DNA of 24,000 nt, taken from contig JADWMM010000001.1 of assembly GCA_015978205.1 (NCBI GenBank), positions 9,382-33,381 on the forward strand, read 5' to 3'. Of this stretch, positions 8,947 through 17,956 are shown piece after piece. The notes under the pieces were generated by a model. The model was not told the DNA's origin and ran no database searches. It saw only the letters and a program-made list of their open reading frames with translations. The DNA is from Alkaliphilus sp. NP8 (lineage in GTDB: Bacteria; Bacillota; Clostridia; Peptostreptococcales; Natronincolaceae). The position numbers and the translations under genes are program-made. The stretch's first letter is position 1. Every line of letters starts with the position of its first letter.

Positions 8947-8994
8947 ATTTATATATATTCTATAAGGATTATTTATATATATTCTATAAGGATT
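8947..8994. repeat. Perfect 24-bp tandem duplication (ATTTATATATATTCTATAAGGATT x2) in the ZIP promoter region
   Basis: Read directly: copy 1 at 8947-8970 and copy 2 at 8971-8994. Lies 38-85 nt upstream of the ZIP start codon. Confidence 0.9.
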
Positions 8995-9013
8995 GAATTT
9001 AGAGCTATTTAAA

Positions 9014-9050
9014 CAAAAAATAGTAGCAAAGAATAACTTCCTTGCTACTA
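9014..9050 (-). terminator. Intrinsic terminator of the DUF1385-prmC-prfA transcript
   Basis: Minus strand TAGTAGCAAGG-loop-CTTTGCTACTA followed by TTTTTTG. It lies about 315 nt downstream of the prfA stop, beyond the palindromic element. Confidence 0.65.
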
Positions 9051-9093
9051 AACATTAAATTTAAATTATAGATAGGCAACTTAATATTTAATC

Positions 9094-9339
9094 AAAATAC
9101 TAATCAACTACATTTGCAGGACATGACTATAACTCTCAATGAATGAAAGTTTAAAATTCGTTAAAAAATTGCGCACTGTTTGAGCGAAGCGAGTTTAAGC
9201 ACTTGAAATTTTTAACTATGTTAAAAATTGAGTGCGCCATGGAGCAACTTTAGTTGCGTAATTTTGCGAATTTTAGGATTTTGAGATTGAATGAATTGTA
9301 AGAGTTATTCATGGGCGAAACCGTAGTTGTGTGTATTTT
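9094..9339. repeat. 246-bp imperfect palindromic, non-coding MITE-like element or structured RNA
   Basis: Left end: AAAATAC..CAACTACATTTGCAGGACATGACTATAACTCT. Reverse complement of the right end: AAAATACACACAACTACGGTTTCGCCCATGAATAACTCT. Arm similarity continues inward (TAAAATTCG, AAAATTGCGCACT / AAAATTACGCAACT) to a perfect central hairpin AATTTTTAAC-TAT-GTTAAAAATT centred at 9218. No ORF longer than 20 codons. Confidence 0.7.
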
Positions 9340-9366
9340 CATTAAATATTCATACCTGATATATAT

Positions 9367-10440
9367 TTAACTATTTACTTCTCTAAGTTTTTCTGCTTGA
9401 TCTGTTGTAATTAATGCATCGATCATTTCTTGTATATTTCCGTCTAAGAAAGAGTCTAACTTATGCATAGTTAAGTTAATACGGTGGTCTGTAATACGAC
9501 CTTGTGGGAAGTTGTAAGTTCTTATTCTCTCACTTCTATCTCCAGTTCCCACTTGGCTCTTTCTGTCTTTAGCAATTTCAGATTGTTGTTCTTGGATTAA
9601 AACGTCTAAAAGTCTAGATCTTAAGATTTTTAACGCTTTATCTTTGTTTTTAAGCTGGGATTTTTCATCTTGACAAGATACTACTGTACCTGTAGGCATA
9701 TGAGTAACACGAACAGCTGAGTCTGTTGTATTTACTGACTGTCCACCATTTCCAGAAGAACGGAATACATCTATACGTATATCATTCATATCTAATTCAA
9801 AATCTACTTCATCTACTTCTGGTAACACAGCTACAGTTATTGTAGATGTATGAATTCTACCACCGGACTCTGTACTTGGAATTCTTTGTACACGATGAAC
9901 TCCACTTTCATATTTTAATTTAGAATATGCACCATTACCTTTAATCATAAATACAACTTCTTTATACCCGCCTACTCCAGTTTCACTAGCACTCATCATT
10001 TCAACTTTCCAGCCTACGCTTTCTGCATATCTTGTATACATTCTAAATAGGTCTGCAGCAAATAATCCAGCTTCGTCTCCACCTGCACCAGCACGAATCT
10101 CAACAATAACATTTTTATCATCATTAGGATCCTTAGGTAATAATAAAATTCTTAGATCTTCTTCAAGATTACTAATTTGTTCTTCTAATTCATCTGCTTC
10201 CATTTTAGCCATTTCCTTCAGTTCTGCATCTGATGATTTATCATGAACAATTTCTTTAGCATCTTTAAGACCTTCTTCAGCTTTTTTGTATTCACGATAC
10301 TTTGTTACTATTATCTCTAAATCTGAATGTTCCTTAACTAGTTTTTTCCACTGATTTTGGTCATTAATTATTTCTGGGTCACTTATTTTTTGACTTAAAT
10401 CTTCATACTTTTCTTCTAAAAAAGCTAGTTTATCTAGCAT
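9367..10440 (-). CDS. prfA: Peptide chain release factor 1
   Basis: RF1 PST (PxT) tripeptide and the GGQ motif (SGNGGQSVN). The track start GTG 10449 sits within the RBS GAGGTG. ATG 10440 lies 6 nt downstream of that RBS ([12 protein letters not shown]...). Confidence 0.95.
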   Translation of the reverse strand: MLDKLAFLEEKYEDLSQKISDPEIINDQNQWKKLVKEHSDLEIIVTKYREYKKAEEGLKDAKEIVHDKSSDAELKEMAKMEADELEEQISNLEEDLRILLLPKDPNDDKNVIVEIRAGAGGDEAGLFAADLFRMYTRYAESVGWKVEMMSASETGVGGYKEVVFMIKGNGAYSKLKYESGVHRVQRIPSTESGGRIHTSTITVAVLPEVDEVDFELDMNDIRIDVFRSSGNGGQSVNTTDSAVRVTHMPTGTVVSCQDEKSQLKNKDKALKILRSRLLDVLIQEQQSEIAKDRKSQVGTGDRSERIRTYNFPQGRITDHRINLTMHKLDSFLDGNIQEMIDALITTDQAEKLREVNS

Positions 10441-10501
10441 ACGATTCACCTCATTTATATTTTTACCAATGTTAAATTATATCATAAAATAAGTTTTTTT
10501 T

Positions 10502-11371
10502 CTACTGTTTAACACCTAAAACTACACGGTCTAGGCCTGCTAAATCCTTTAACACTTTAACATTTCTAAATTCATTATATTTTAGAATTTTTATAAGATC
10601 TTCTCCTTGATCATATCCAATTTCAAATAAAAGATATCCTCCATCTTTTAAATAATCCTTAGCACCTTTTGTTATTGCTCTATAAAAATCTAATCCATCT
10701 TTTCCACCGTCTAAAGCTAAGTGAGGTTCATAGTCTTTTACTACTGGACTTAAAGTATCTACTACATCCTTTGGAATATATGGAGGGTTAGAAACTATAA
10801 AATCATAAGCTTTATATTCATCTTTTCCACCAATAGCATCAAATAAACTTCCTTGTAAAAATCTAATTTTATTTTCCACTTTATTATTATCGGCATTTTC
10901 CTTAGCAATTTCTAAGGCTTTTGAAGAAACATCTATTGCAGTTAAATTAGATTTGTTAATATATTTAGCTAAGCTAACTACAATGGCACCACTTCCAGTA
11001 CCTATATCCATTATGTTTACAGAGTTAGGACTGAACTCTTTATCGTAAATATCTATTGTTTTTTCAACTAAAATTTCCGTATCTCCTCTAGGAATTAAAA
11101 CGCCTTCTTCTACTTTAAAATCTAACCCCATAAACTCTTGCTTATTTACAATATATTGAACAGGCATAAGCTTTTCACGCTTTTCTATGCTATCCCAAAA
11201 TTCAGCTTCTATTTCTTCTGAAACTTCTTTTTCAGGATACATATGAAAATAAATTCTTTCTACCTTAAGCAGATTAGAAAGTAAAACCTCTGTATCTAGC
11301 TTAGGTGTATCTATATCTACCTTATTTAGTCTTTCAGTACCTTTTACTATTAATTCTTTTATTGTTACCAT
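10502..11371 (-). CDS. prmC: Release-factor glutamine N5-methyltransferase (PrmC/HemK)
   Basis: SAM-binding DIGTGSG and catalytic NPPY. The ATG overlaps the upstream gene stop (ATGGTAA). Confidence 0.92.
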   Translation of the reverse strand: MVTIKELIVKGTERLNKVDIDTPKLDTEVLLSNLLKVERIYFHMYPEKEVSEEIEAEFWDSIEKREKLMPVQYIVNKQEFMGLDFKVEEGVLIPRGDTEILVEKTIDIYDKEFSPNSVNIMDIGTGSGAIVVSLAKYINKSNLTAIDVSSKALEIAKENADNNKVENKIRFLQGSLFDAIGGKDEYKAYDFIVSNPPYIPKDVVDTLSPVVKDYEPHLALDGGKDGLDFYRAITKGAKDYLKDGGYLLFEIGYDQGEDLIKILKYNEFRNVKVLKDLAGLDRVVLGVKQ

Positions 11372-12318
11372 TTTGCTTCGTCCTCGTTTTCTACTAAAAC
11401 ATTTTTTAAAGCTTCTATAGCTACTTCTATTTGACTATCATCTGGTTCTTTAGTAGTTAGTTTTTGCATCATCATTCCAGGGTAACTCACTACAGACATA
11501 AAAGCAGACTGACTTTTTCCTGCAATTTTAATTATTTCATATGAAACACCTGCAACTATAGGCAATAAAAGCAATCTACTTATAACCCTAGTAATAGGAT
11601 CTTGCCAACCGATTAAAGAGAAAAAAATCATACTAACCATCATAACTATAAAAAGAAAGCTAGTTCCGCATCTTGGGTGAAGTGTTGAGTACTTTCTTAC
11701 ATTTTCAACAGTAAGATCTTCACCATTTTCATAGCAATAAATAGTTTTATGTTCTGCACCATGGTACTGAAAAACTCTTTTTATATCTTCCATTTTAGAA
11801 ATAATAGCAATATATGCTATGAACAGACCTATACGCAGAATTCCTTCAATAAAGTTTAATCCAAAGGTTGTAGATATTACATTTTTCAATACTCCAGTCA
11901 CTAATGTTGGACCTAAAATAAATATACTTACTGACATTAAAAGAGCTACAAAAACTGAAAAATATACTAAAACATCCCCCAGCTTATCTCCAAATATTTT
12001 TTCTAAAAAAACTTCAAATTTTCCAGGTTCTTCATCACTATCTTCATCTGGCATTGCTATATCGGCAGAATAGTTTAAACATTTAACTCCTGTAACCATA
12101 GAATCTATTAAAGCTATACCACCTCTTACAAAGGGAATTTTATTCAATTTATATTTCTGAACAAATCCTTCAGAAGATTCCTTTTTAACAATTATTTCAT
12201 TTTTAGGATTTCTAACTGCTATCGCTACGTCTCTAGGACCTTTCATCATAATACCTTCTATTAAAGCCTGACCACCTATAGAGGTGGGCTTTGCCACTTT
12301 ATGGCTTAATTTACTCAT
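11365..12318 (-). CDS. DUF1385-family membrane protein (YqhQ-like)
   Basis: 317 aa with an N-terminal soluble part, the YHGAEHK motif and several TM helices. It sits immediately upstream of prmC-prfA, as is commonly seen in Clostridia (family name from memory). Confidence 0.75.
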   Translation of the reverse strand: MSKLSHKVAKPTSIGGQALIEGIMMKGPRDVAIAVRNPKNEIIVKKESSEGFVQKYKLNKIPFVRGGIALIDSMVTGVKCLNYSADIAMPDEDSDEEPGKFEVFLEKIFGDKLGDVLVYFSVFVALLMSVSIFILGPTLVTGVLKNVISTTFGLNFIEGILRIGLFIAYIAIISKMEDIKRVFQYHGAEHKTIYCYENGEDLTVENVRKYSTLHPRCGTSFLFIVMMVSMIFFSLIGWQDPITRVISRLLLLPIVAGVSYEIIKIAGKSQSAFMSVVSYPGMMMQKLTTKEPDDSQIEVAIEALKNVLVENEDEAKW

Positions 12319-12369
12319 AAATTTCTTCCTTTCCAGTTCAAATTAAAGTAAAAATGTTAATATCTAATA

Positions 12370-12393
12370 AAAATACACACAACTACAGTTTCG
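12370..12393 (+). repeat. Solo copy of the terminal 24 nt of the 9094-9339 element
   Basis: AAAATACACACAACTACAGTTTCG matches the reverse complement of 9316-9339 (AAAATACACACAACTACGGTTTCG) at 23 of 24 positions. Flanking sequence differs. Confidence 0.8.
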
Positions 12394-12469
12394 TAATTTT
12401 AGTGTTCTTATCACACATTAGTGTGTTTTGTTTATATTTTTTTATATATTTAACTTTTTCTCTAATATA

Positions 12470-12497
12470 ATTATAACCTACTTTTAACTTTACACAA
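12470..12497 (-). promoter_or_regulatory. Candidate sigma-A promoter of the DUF1385-prmC-prfA operon
   Basis: Minus strand TTGTGT (12492-12497), 16-nt spacer, TATAAT (12470-12475). Implies a 5' UTR of about 150 nt. Confidence 0.4.
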
Positions 12498-12521
12498 AGA
12501 AAAACACTAAAAAATGCAAGT

Positions 12522-12563
12522 AAAAAAGTGCGATAACTGAGAATCCTTCCCGTTATCGCACTT
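12522..12563 (-). terminator. Intrinsic terminator of leuS
   Basis: AAGTGCGATAAC (12526-12537) pairs with GTTATCGCACTT (12552-12563), followed by a T-run on the minus strand. Lies 10 nt after the leuS stop. Confidence 0.8.
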
Positions 12564-12572
12564 TAAAATTAT

Positions 12573-14981
12573 TTATTTTACTACTATATTATATATTCTA
12601 CCTGGAACGTAGATTTCTTTAACTACATTTTTACCTTCTACTAAGCTCATAAGTTTTTCATCATTTCTAAATTGTTCTTTAACCATATCTGCAGTTGCAT
12701 CGACAGGAATTACAATTTGACCTTTAACTTTACCGTTTAATTGAACTGGAATTTCGACTACATTGTCAATAGTTTTTCCTTCATCATATTTTGGCCATGA
12801 TGTTTCATTTGCCATTCCTTCAAACCCTATTGTTTCCCACAATTCTTCTGTAATATGTGGAGCTACTGGGTTTAATAACGCTAATAGTACCTTCATATCT
12901 CCTTTTGTTACGCTTCCATTGTCATAGAAATCGTTAACAAGAGACATCATAGATGCAATAGCAGTATTAAACTTCATGCTTTCGTAATCTTCACTAACCT
13001 TTTTAATAGTTTTATGAATATTACTTTCTAGGTTTTCTGTTACTTCTTCACTGTCTTTTAATGATTCTTGTAATCTCCACACTCTATCTAAGAATCTTCT
13101 ACAGCCCTTTACTCCATTTTGAGACCAAGGTACACTTTTTTCAAAGTCACCTATAAACATTTCATACAGTCTTAATGTATCTGCTCCAAACTCGTCTACA
13201 ACCTCGTCAGGATTTACAACATTACCTCTAGATTTTGACATTTTCTCGTTGTTTTCTCCTAATATCATACCGTGTGAAGTACGTTTTTGATAAGGCTCTG
13301 CAGTAGGTACAACACCACAATCATATAAGAATTTATGCCAGAATCTTGAATATAGTAAGTGTAATGTAGTGTGCTCCATACCGCCATTATACCAGTCAAT
13401 AGGTAACCAATAATCAAGGTTTTCTTTACTTGCTAGCTCTCCACTATTTTTCGGATCTGTATATCTTAAGAAATACCATGAAGAACCAGCCCATTGAGGC
13501 ATTGTATCTGTTTCTCTTTCAGCCATGCCTCCACATTCTGGACAAGTAGTCTCAACCCAGTCTCTAACATTTGCTAATGGAGATTCGCCATTATCTGTAG
13601 GCTCATAACTTTCAACATCTGGAAGTACTATTGGTAATTCACTTTCTGGTACTGGCACCCATCCACATTTGTCACAATGAATTAGTGGAATCGGCTCTCC
13701 CCAATATCTTTGACGAGAGAATACCCAGTCACGAAGTTTATAGTTTACTTTACTATTACCTAACCCTTTTTCTTGTAACCATTCACTTATCTTTTTCTTT
13801 GCTTCCTTAACTTCTAATCCATTTAAGAAATCTGAATTAACTATTTTACCTTCTCCTGTATCTGTATATGCAGCTTCCTCTACATTTCCACCAGCAACTA
13901 CTTCTACAATAGGAAGGTCAAACTTTTTAGCGAACTCCCAGTCTCTTGTATCGTGACCAGGTACAGCCATTATAGCACCTGTTCCATAAGACATCATTAC
14001 ATAATCAGAAATAAATATAGGCATTTTTTCTCCACTAACTGGATTAGTAGCTTCAATACCTTCAATTTTTACTCCTGTCTTATCCTTTACAAGCTCAGTT
14101 CTTTCAAACTCAGATTTTTTAGTAGCTTCTTCTCTATAATCAAGTAAAGCATCCATATTTTTAATGTGATCTGATAATTCTTCAATGTATGGATGTTCTG
14201 GAGACATTACCATATAAGTAGCACCAAATAACGTGTCTGGTCTTGTAGTATATACAGTTATCTTTTTACCTCCAGTAATTTCAAAGTCTACTTCCATACC
14301 TTCAGATTTACCTATCCAGTTTTTCTGCTGAATCTTTACTCTGTCTATATATTCTACTAAGTCAAGATCCTTTATCAGTCTTTCAGCATATTCTGTAATT
14401 TTAAGCATCCATTGGTTTTTATTTTTTCTAACTACTTCGCCACCACATCTTTCGCAGCCACCATTTACTACTTCCTCATTAGCAAGACCTACTTTACAGC
14501 TGGTACACCAGTTAATAGCCATTTCTTTTTTATAAGCTAATCCTTTTTCAAAAAGCTTTAAAAATATCCATTGAGTCCACTTATAATACTCTGGATCTGT
14601 AGTATTTACTTCTCTAGACCAATCGAAAGACATACCTAATCCTTGTAATTGTTTTTTAAATCTAGCTACATTTTGCTCCGTAACTTTTGCAGGATGAATT
14701 TTATTTTTTATAGCATAGTTTTCTGTTGGAAGACCGAAAGCATCCCATCCCATTGGATATAGAACGTTATATCCTTCTAATCTTCTTTTCCTTGCTACTA
14801 CATCAAGTGCTGTATATGGACGAGGATGTCCTACGTGTAGTCCTTGCCCTGATGGATAAGGGAACTCAATTAGTGCATAATATTTTTCTTTACTTTTATC
14901 GTCTGAAGCATGAAATGTTCCTTTTTCCTCCCATATTTGTTGCCATTTTCCTTCTATTTCGCTTGGGTTATATTGTTTCAT
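12573..14981 (-). CDS. leuS: Leucine--tRNA ligase
   Basis: 802 aa with the class I HIGH-type motif (LHVGHPRPY), KMSKS, a CP1 editing domain and Zn-finger CxxC pairs. Confidence 0.97.
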   Translation of the reverse strand: MKQYNPSEIEGKWQQIWEEKGTFHASDDKSKEKYYALIEFPYPSGQGLHVGHPRPYTALDVVARKRRLEGYNVLYPMGWDAFGLPTENYAIKNKIHPAKVTEQNVARFKKQLQGLGMSFDWSREVNTTDPEYYKWTQWIFLKLFEKGLAYKKEMAINWCTSCKVGLANEEVVNGGCERCGGEVVRKNKNQWMLKITEYAERLIKDLDLVEYIDRVKIQQKNWIGKSEGMEVDFEITGGKKITVYTTRPDTLFGATYMVMSPEHPYIEELSDHIKNMDALLDYREEATKKSEFERTELVKDKTGVKIEGIEATNPVSGEKMPIFISDYVMMSYGTGAIMAVPGHDTRDWEFAKKFDLPIVEVVAGGNVEEAAYTDTGEGKIVNSDFLNGLEVKEAKKKISEWLQEKGLGNSKVNYKLRDWVFSRQRYWGEPIPLIHCDKCGWVPVPESELPIVLPDVESYEPTDNGESPLANVRDWVETTCPECGGMAERETDTMPQWAGSSWYFLRYTDPKNSGELASKENLDYWLPIDWYNGGMEHTTLHLLYSRFWHKFLYDCGVVPTAEPYQKRTSHGMILGENNEKMSKSRGNVVNPDEVVDEFGADTLRLYEMFIGDFEKSVPWSQNGVKGCRRFLDRVWRLQESLKDSEEVTENLESNIHKTIKKVSEDYESMKFNTAIASMMSLVNDFYDNGSVTKGDMKVLLALLNPVAPHITEELWETIGFEGMANETSWPKYDEGKTIDNVVEIPVQLNGKVKGQIVIPVDATADMVKEQFRNDEKLMSLVEGKNVVKEIYVPGRIYNIVVK

Positions 14982-15028
14982 GTTTTCAACTCCTTTATAT
15001 TTGGTGTAGTATCAGATTTAATAAATCA

Positions 15029-15293
15029 CAAAAAAACCTTCCACCTCTGTGTTTAGAGGCGAAAGGTCGCGGTACCACTCTAATTGATTATATCAAAAAC
15101 ACTATATAGATATATCATATCTAATAGCATTTAAATAATCATCTCGATAACTTTTAACGGAGTAACCCGATTAGAACTACTTATTTTCACTCTAATAGCT
15201 CTGGGACGAGTTCAGCTGTGACCACTGTTATCTTTCACCACCCGATAACTCTCTAAAAATGATCTGACAACCTACTACTTCCCTTCATAGCAA
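15029..15293 (-). promoter_or_regulatory. T-box riboswitch leader, Leu-specific (specifier CUC)
   Basis: On the minus strand, stem I has a GA/K-turn base and an AGUAGUA loop, with GAA-CUC-G on the 3' side of the specifier loop (codon at 15208-15210). Also present are the AGAGA bulge, the GGUGGUGAAAG distal loop, the T-box AAUUAGAGUGGUACCGCGA (15067-15085), and the terminator ACCUUUCGCCUCU...AGAGGUGGAAGGU plus U7. Confidence 0.92.
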
Positions 15294-15323
15294 AACATTT
15301 TGAATATTATTAAGTTGTATTGT

Positions 15324-15352
15324 ATTGTACTAAATTATTCATAAAAAATCAA
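15324..15352 (-). promoter_or_regulatory. Candidate sigma-A promoter for the leuS T-box leader
   Basis: Minus strand TTGATT (15347-15352), 17-nt spacer, TACAAT (15324-15329). Confidence 0.6.
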
Positions 15353-15400
15353 GGCTTTTCATAAATATTATTTGACTTATTTGAAAATAATGTAACAATA

Positions 15401-17086
15401 TTAACTTACTTCATGATTAAGCTGCTTAATTATATCTATAAATACATCTACAATATTTGAATCAAATTGTGTACCTTTACATCTATTTAACTCCTCTATT
15501 GCTTGATCATAACTTTTTGGTGTTCCATAAGGTCGAGATGAGGTCATTGCATCGAAACTATCTGCTACACTGAGAATTCTAACAAGATAAGGAATGTCTT
15601 CTCCCTTAAGATTACTAGGATACCCCTTGCCATCATAACGTTCATGGTGATGCAAAATCAAAGGTATTGCATTATACAAATTAGGTACTTTTTTAATAAT
15701 ATTAACCCCATTCTCCGGATGTTTCTTAATATAGTTCCACTCTTCATCTGTTAACTTTTCTTTCTTATTTAAAATGTTCTTAGGAATCTCAATTTTACCT
15801 ATATCATGTAAATAAGCACCAACTTTTAAAGTCTTTCTATCTTCCTCTGAAAGCTCTAGTTTTTGTGCAACTAAGTCACAATACATAACCACTCGTTCAA
15901 TATGACCATATGTATATTGGTCCGTTGCATTTACAACACTGATTAATGTTTTTATTGAACTAATTAAATCTATATGCTTATCGTCTACATCTTGTTTCAA
16001 TTCTTCTAAAACAGACGAGTAAACTTCAACCCTATTTCTATCAAGAAATTTTGCCTTATACATGGCATCATCTGCAGTCATGATTAAATCTCTTTGGGAT
16101 TTAGCTTTATTTGGAAAGCAAGATACTCCGATTGAAACAGTAAGCTTATTCTTAGGTAAATTTTCTTCTCCATCAAAATGTGTAGTATATATTGCACTTC
16201 TAATCCTCTCACCAATTAAAATAGCATCTTTTTCATGGGTATTAGATAAAATAACGGCGAATTCTTCTCCTCCATACCTAGCAACCACATCTCCAGATCT
16301 TACATTCTTTTTTATTAAACTTGCTACTTTATTAAGCACCTCATCACCTTGTAAGTGCCCATAAAGATCATTGTATCTCTTGAAATAATCAATATCAATA
16401 AACAGCAAAGAAATAGTAGTTGAACTTTCTGCTGCTTCTAACTGTGCCGCTATAGCTTCATGAAAATATCTATGATTAAAAACTCCTGTTAAGCCATCTA
16501 TATTCACTAATTCACTTAGTTCTTTCCTATGTTCTTTTTCTGTTTGAACATAATATCCCATTAACCATGCACTTAATATAAATATTCCTGCTATTATTAA
16601 GTCAACTTGAAAATAATGATTCAGCTTTTCAGCAGATGCAGTCACTATGTCTATAGCTAGTACAATAAGAGCGCAAATAGCAGATACAACTATTCCATAT
16701 TTTTTCCCAAACTGTATTGTTGATGTAACAATAACAAGAAAAAATATTATTTTATATGGACTAGTATATCCTCCAGTTAATATTATTAATATAGAAAAAA
16801 CTAAAATAAAAAGTACTATTTCAATAATACTTTTAAGTTTAATATTTATTTTGTTTTCATCACTTTTCAAGCTAATCATCCATGCTTTAAATATTAAAAA
16901 TAGCATACAACAAACTATACCTAGTATAGTTGTACTAAACCCAGTGATTATCTTTACATCATCATAACCTACTAACCAATGATAATGAGTAAGAATAATA
17001 ATACCACAAAGCAAAAGAGAGGATAATCTAATAAGTGAAAGTAATTTATAAATTTGTTTTCCTCTATTATTTTTATAGCAATCCAT
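15401..17086 (-). CDS. Polytopic membrane c-di-GMP enzyme: 6-TM sensor region + GGDEF diguanylate cyclase + HD-GYP phosphodiesterase
   Basis: Residues 1-180 form six hydrophobic helices with short loops. The GGDEF domain has GGEEF (272-276) and an RxxD I-site (RSGD, 263-266). The HD-GYP domain has HDIGK and HHERYDGKGYP. Confidence 0.9.
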   Translation of the reverse strand: MDCYKNNRGKQIYKLLSLIRLSSLLLCGIIILTHYHWLVGYDDVKIITGFSTTILGIVCCMLFLIFKAWMISLKSDENKINIKLKSIIEIVLFILVFSILIILTGGYTSPYKIIFFLVIVTSTIQFGKKYGIVVSAICALIVLAIDIVTASAEKLNHYFQVDLIIAGIFILSAWLMGYYVQTEKEHRKELSELVNIDGLTGVFNHRYFHEAIAAQLEAAESSTTISLLFIDIDYFKRYNDLYGHLQGDEVLNKVASLIKKNVRSGDVVARYGGEEFAVILSNTHEKDAILIGERIRSAIYTTHFDGEENLPKNKLTVSIGVSCFPNKAKSQRDLIMTADDAMYKAKFLDRNRVEVYSSVLEELKQDVDDKHIDLISSIKTLISVVNATDQYTYGHIERVVMYCDLVAQKLELSEEDRKTLKVGAYLHDIGKIEIPKNILNKKEKLTDEEWNYIKKHPENGVNIIKKVPNLYNAIPLILHHHERYDGKGYPSNLKGEDIPYLVRILSVADSFDAMTSSRPYGTPKSYDQAIEELNRCKGTQFDSNIVDVFIDIIKQLNHEVS

Positions 17087-17105
17087 TTTTTACCTCATTT
17101 GTCTT

Positions 17106-17153
17106 TTTAAAATTTGAAAGTAATATGAGAGATTTTAAAATCTCTCATATTAC
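17106..17153 (-). terminator. AU-rich palindromic terminator/attenuator between agrD and the GGDEF-HD-GYP gene
   Basis: 34-nt perfect palindrome GTAATATGAGAGATTTT/AAAATCTCTCATATTAC (17120-17153). It overlaps the agrD stop codon and is followed on the minus strand by TTTCAAATTTT. Confidence 0.6.
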
Positions 17154-17287
17154 TCTTCTCTTAGCATTTTTGGCTCTTCAGGTTGGTATGCTCCCCATAA
17201 ACATGCAGATGCTGATGTTGTAGTAGCTGCAAATGTTAAAACAGATACACCTATACCAGCTAATAACATAAATAGTCTGTTCTTCAT
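17150..17287 (-). CDS. agrD: AgrD-type cyclic (thio)lactone autoinducing-peptide precursor, 45 aa
   Basis: Hand-translated: MKNRLFMLLAGIGVSVLTFAATTTSASACLWGAYQPEEPKMLREE. AAGGAGGA RBS 8 nt upstream of the ATG, which is 14 nt after the agrB stop. It has a hydrophobic leader, a single Cys and a charged PEEPK tail. Too short for the ORF track. Confidence 0.85.
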   Translation of the reverse strand: MKNRLFMLLAGIGVSVLTFAATTTSASACLWGAYQPEEPKMLREE

Positions 17288-17301
17288 AACTATTGTCCTC
17301 C

Positions 17302-17955
17302 TTAAGTTCTTGTAATTGCCTTTAGACAAAAATCTAATTTAGATATTACAAAATCACCTATAAAAGTCAATGTTAGGCTTTGCCAAACAATACCAGTAAA
17401 TATTGAAATAATAACATTTATAAACATGTCATTTCTTAATATAAAATAGCTTATCCATAAAATAAATGTTATTACAAACATAATACAAATAAAATTTATA
17501 GAAGCCTTTTTTAACCTTTGTCTTTTTTCTGGCTTTCTAATAATCTTATTGGGAGTATCTACTGGAGAATATTTATAGATAATATAGTAAGCTAATATAA
17601 AACCAGCTATGTAAATTAAAAATATTAATGTTGTATTTATATAAGTACCTAATATTTTTACTAATATTGATAAAATTAAAAATATGATTGCACCAACTAT
17701 TGCGCATCTATTAGAAGATGTTGCATGGGCACCCCCAGAATATCTTCTAAGTAAAGATGCTGTAAATGATATAAAAAGACACTCTAACAATAAATTAAAC
17801 ATACTTCCTAGTGCTGCAACCAAAATTATTGACCAAAGTACATGCATAATACTGAAAGCTCCATAAATTAAAACCTCTTTATTATCTTCATCTAAGTTTA
17901 AAACTTCTGCTATTTTAGTTCCTATCTTATTAGATATCACTTCAATAAAGTCCAT
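17302..17955 (-). CDS. agrB: AgrB-family membrane peptidase (AgrD processing/export)
   Basis: 217 aa polytopic protein. It has the conserved LRRYSGGAHA...NRC block containing the catalytic His and Cys, and a basic loop RKPEKRQRLKK. Confidence 0.9.
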   Translation of the reverse strand: MDFIEVISNKIGTKIAEVLNLDEDNKEVLIYGAFSIMHVLWSIILVAALGSMFNLLLECLFISFTASLLRRYSGGAHATSSNRCAIVGAIIFLILSILVKILGTYINTTLIFLIYIAGFILAYYIIYKYSPVDTPNKIIRKPEKRQRLKKASINFICIMFVITFILWISYFILRNDMFINVIISIFTGIVWQSLTLTFIGDFVISKLDFCLKAITRT

Positions 17956-17956
17956 C

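Noticed and set aside
8947-8994. Possible CRISPR or minisatellite, considered for the tandem repeats here and at 18466..18505
   Set aside because: There are only two copies each, directly abutting with no spacers, and no cas genes are present. These are simple tandem duplications in promoters.
8910-9013. Zur/Fur-type operator upstream of the ZIP transporter
   Set aside because: I looked for a TCGTAAT-N-ATTACGA-like or other AT-rich palindrome with a conserved core and found only the direct duplication. No metalloregulator box can be supported by eye.
12319-12469. Terminator/antiterminator-type attenuator in the DUF1385-prmC-prfA leader
   Set aside because: The alternative pairings are short. 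They are CACAC-UAAU-GUGUG, and AAAACACAC with GUGUGUAUUUU across a loop of about 47 nt. Both are AU-rich, and such pairings arise by chance in this composition. I recognise no known riboswitch or leader-peptide features.
11819-15109. Plus-strand ORFs 11819..12073, 13953..14147 and 14726..15109
   Set aside because: All are antisense shadows of the DUF1385 gene, leuS and the leuS T-box leader. The minus-strand products carry unambiguous family motifs and the plus-strand products carry none.
17087-17149. c-di-GMP riboswitch or other riboswitch upstream of the GGDEF-HD-GYP gene
   Set aside because: Only 63 nt are available, and they are fully accounted for by the palindromic terminator and the RBS. 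That is far too short for a c-di-GMP-I or c-di-GMP-II aptamer.
16062-17223. Plus-strand ORFs 16062..16364, 16647..16967 and 17035..17223
   Set aside because: They are antisense to the GGDEF/HD-GYP gene and to agrD plus its terminator. The last one disappears as a candidate once the minus-strand agrD frame with its strong RBS is recognised.
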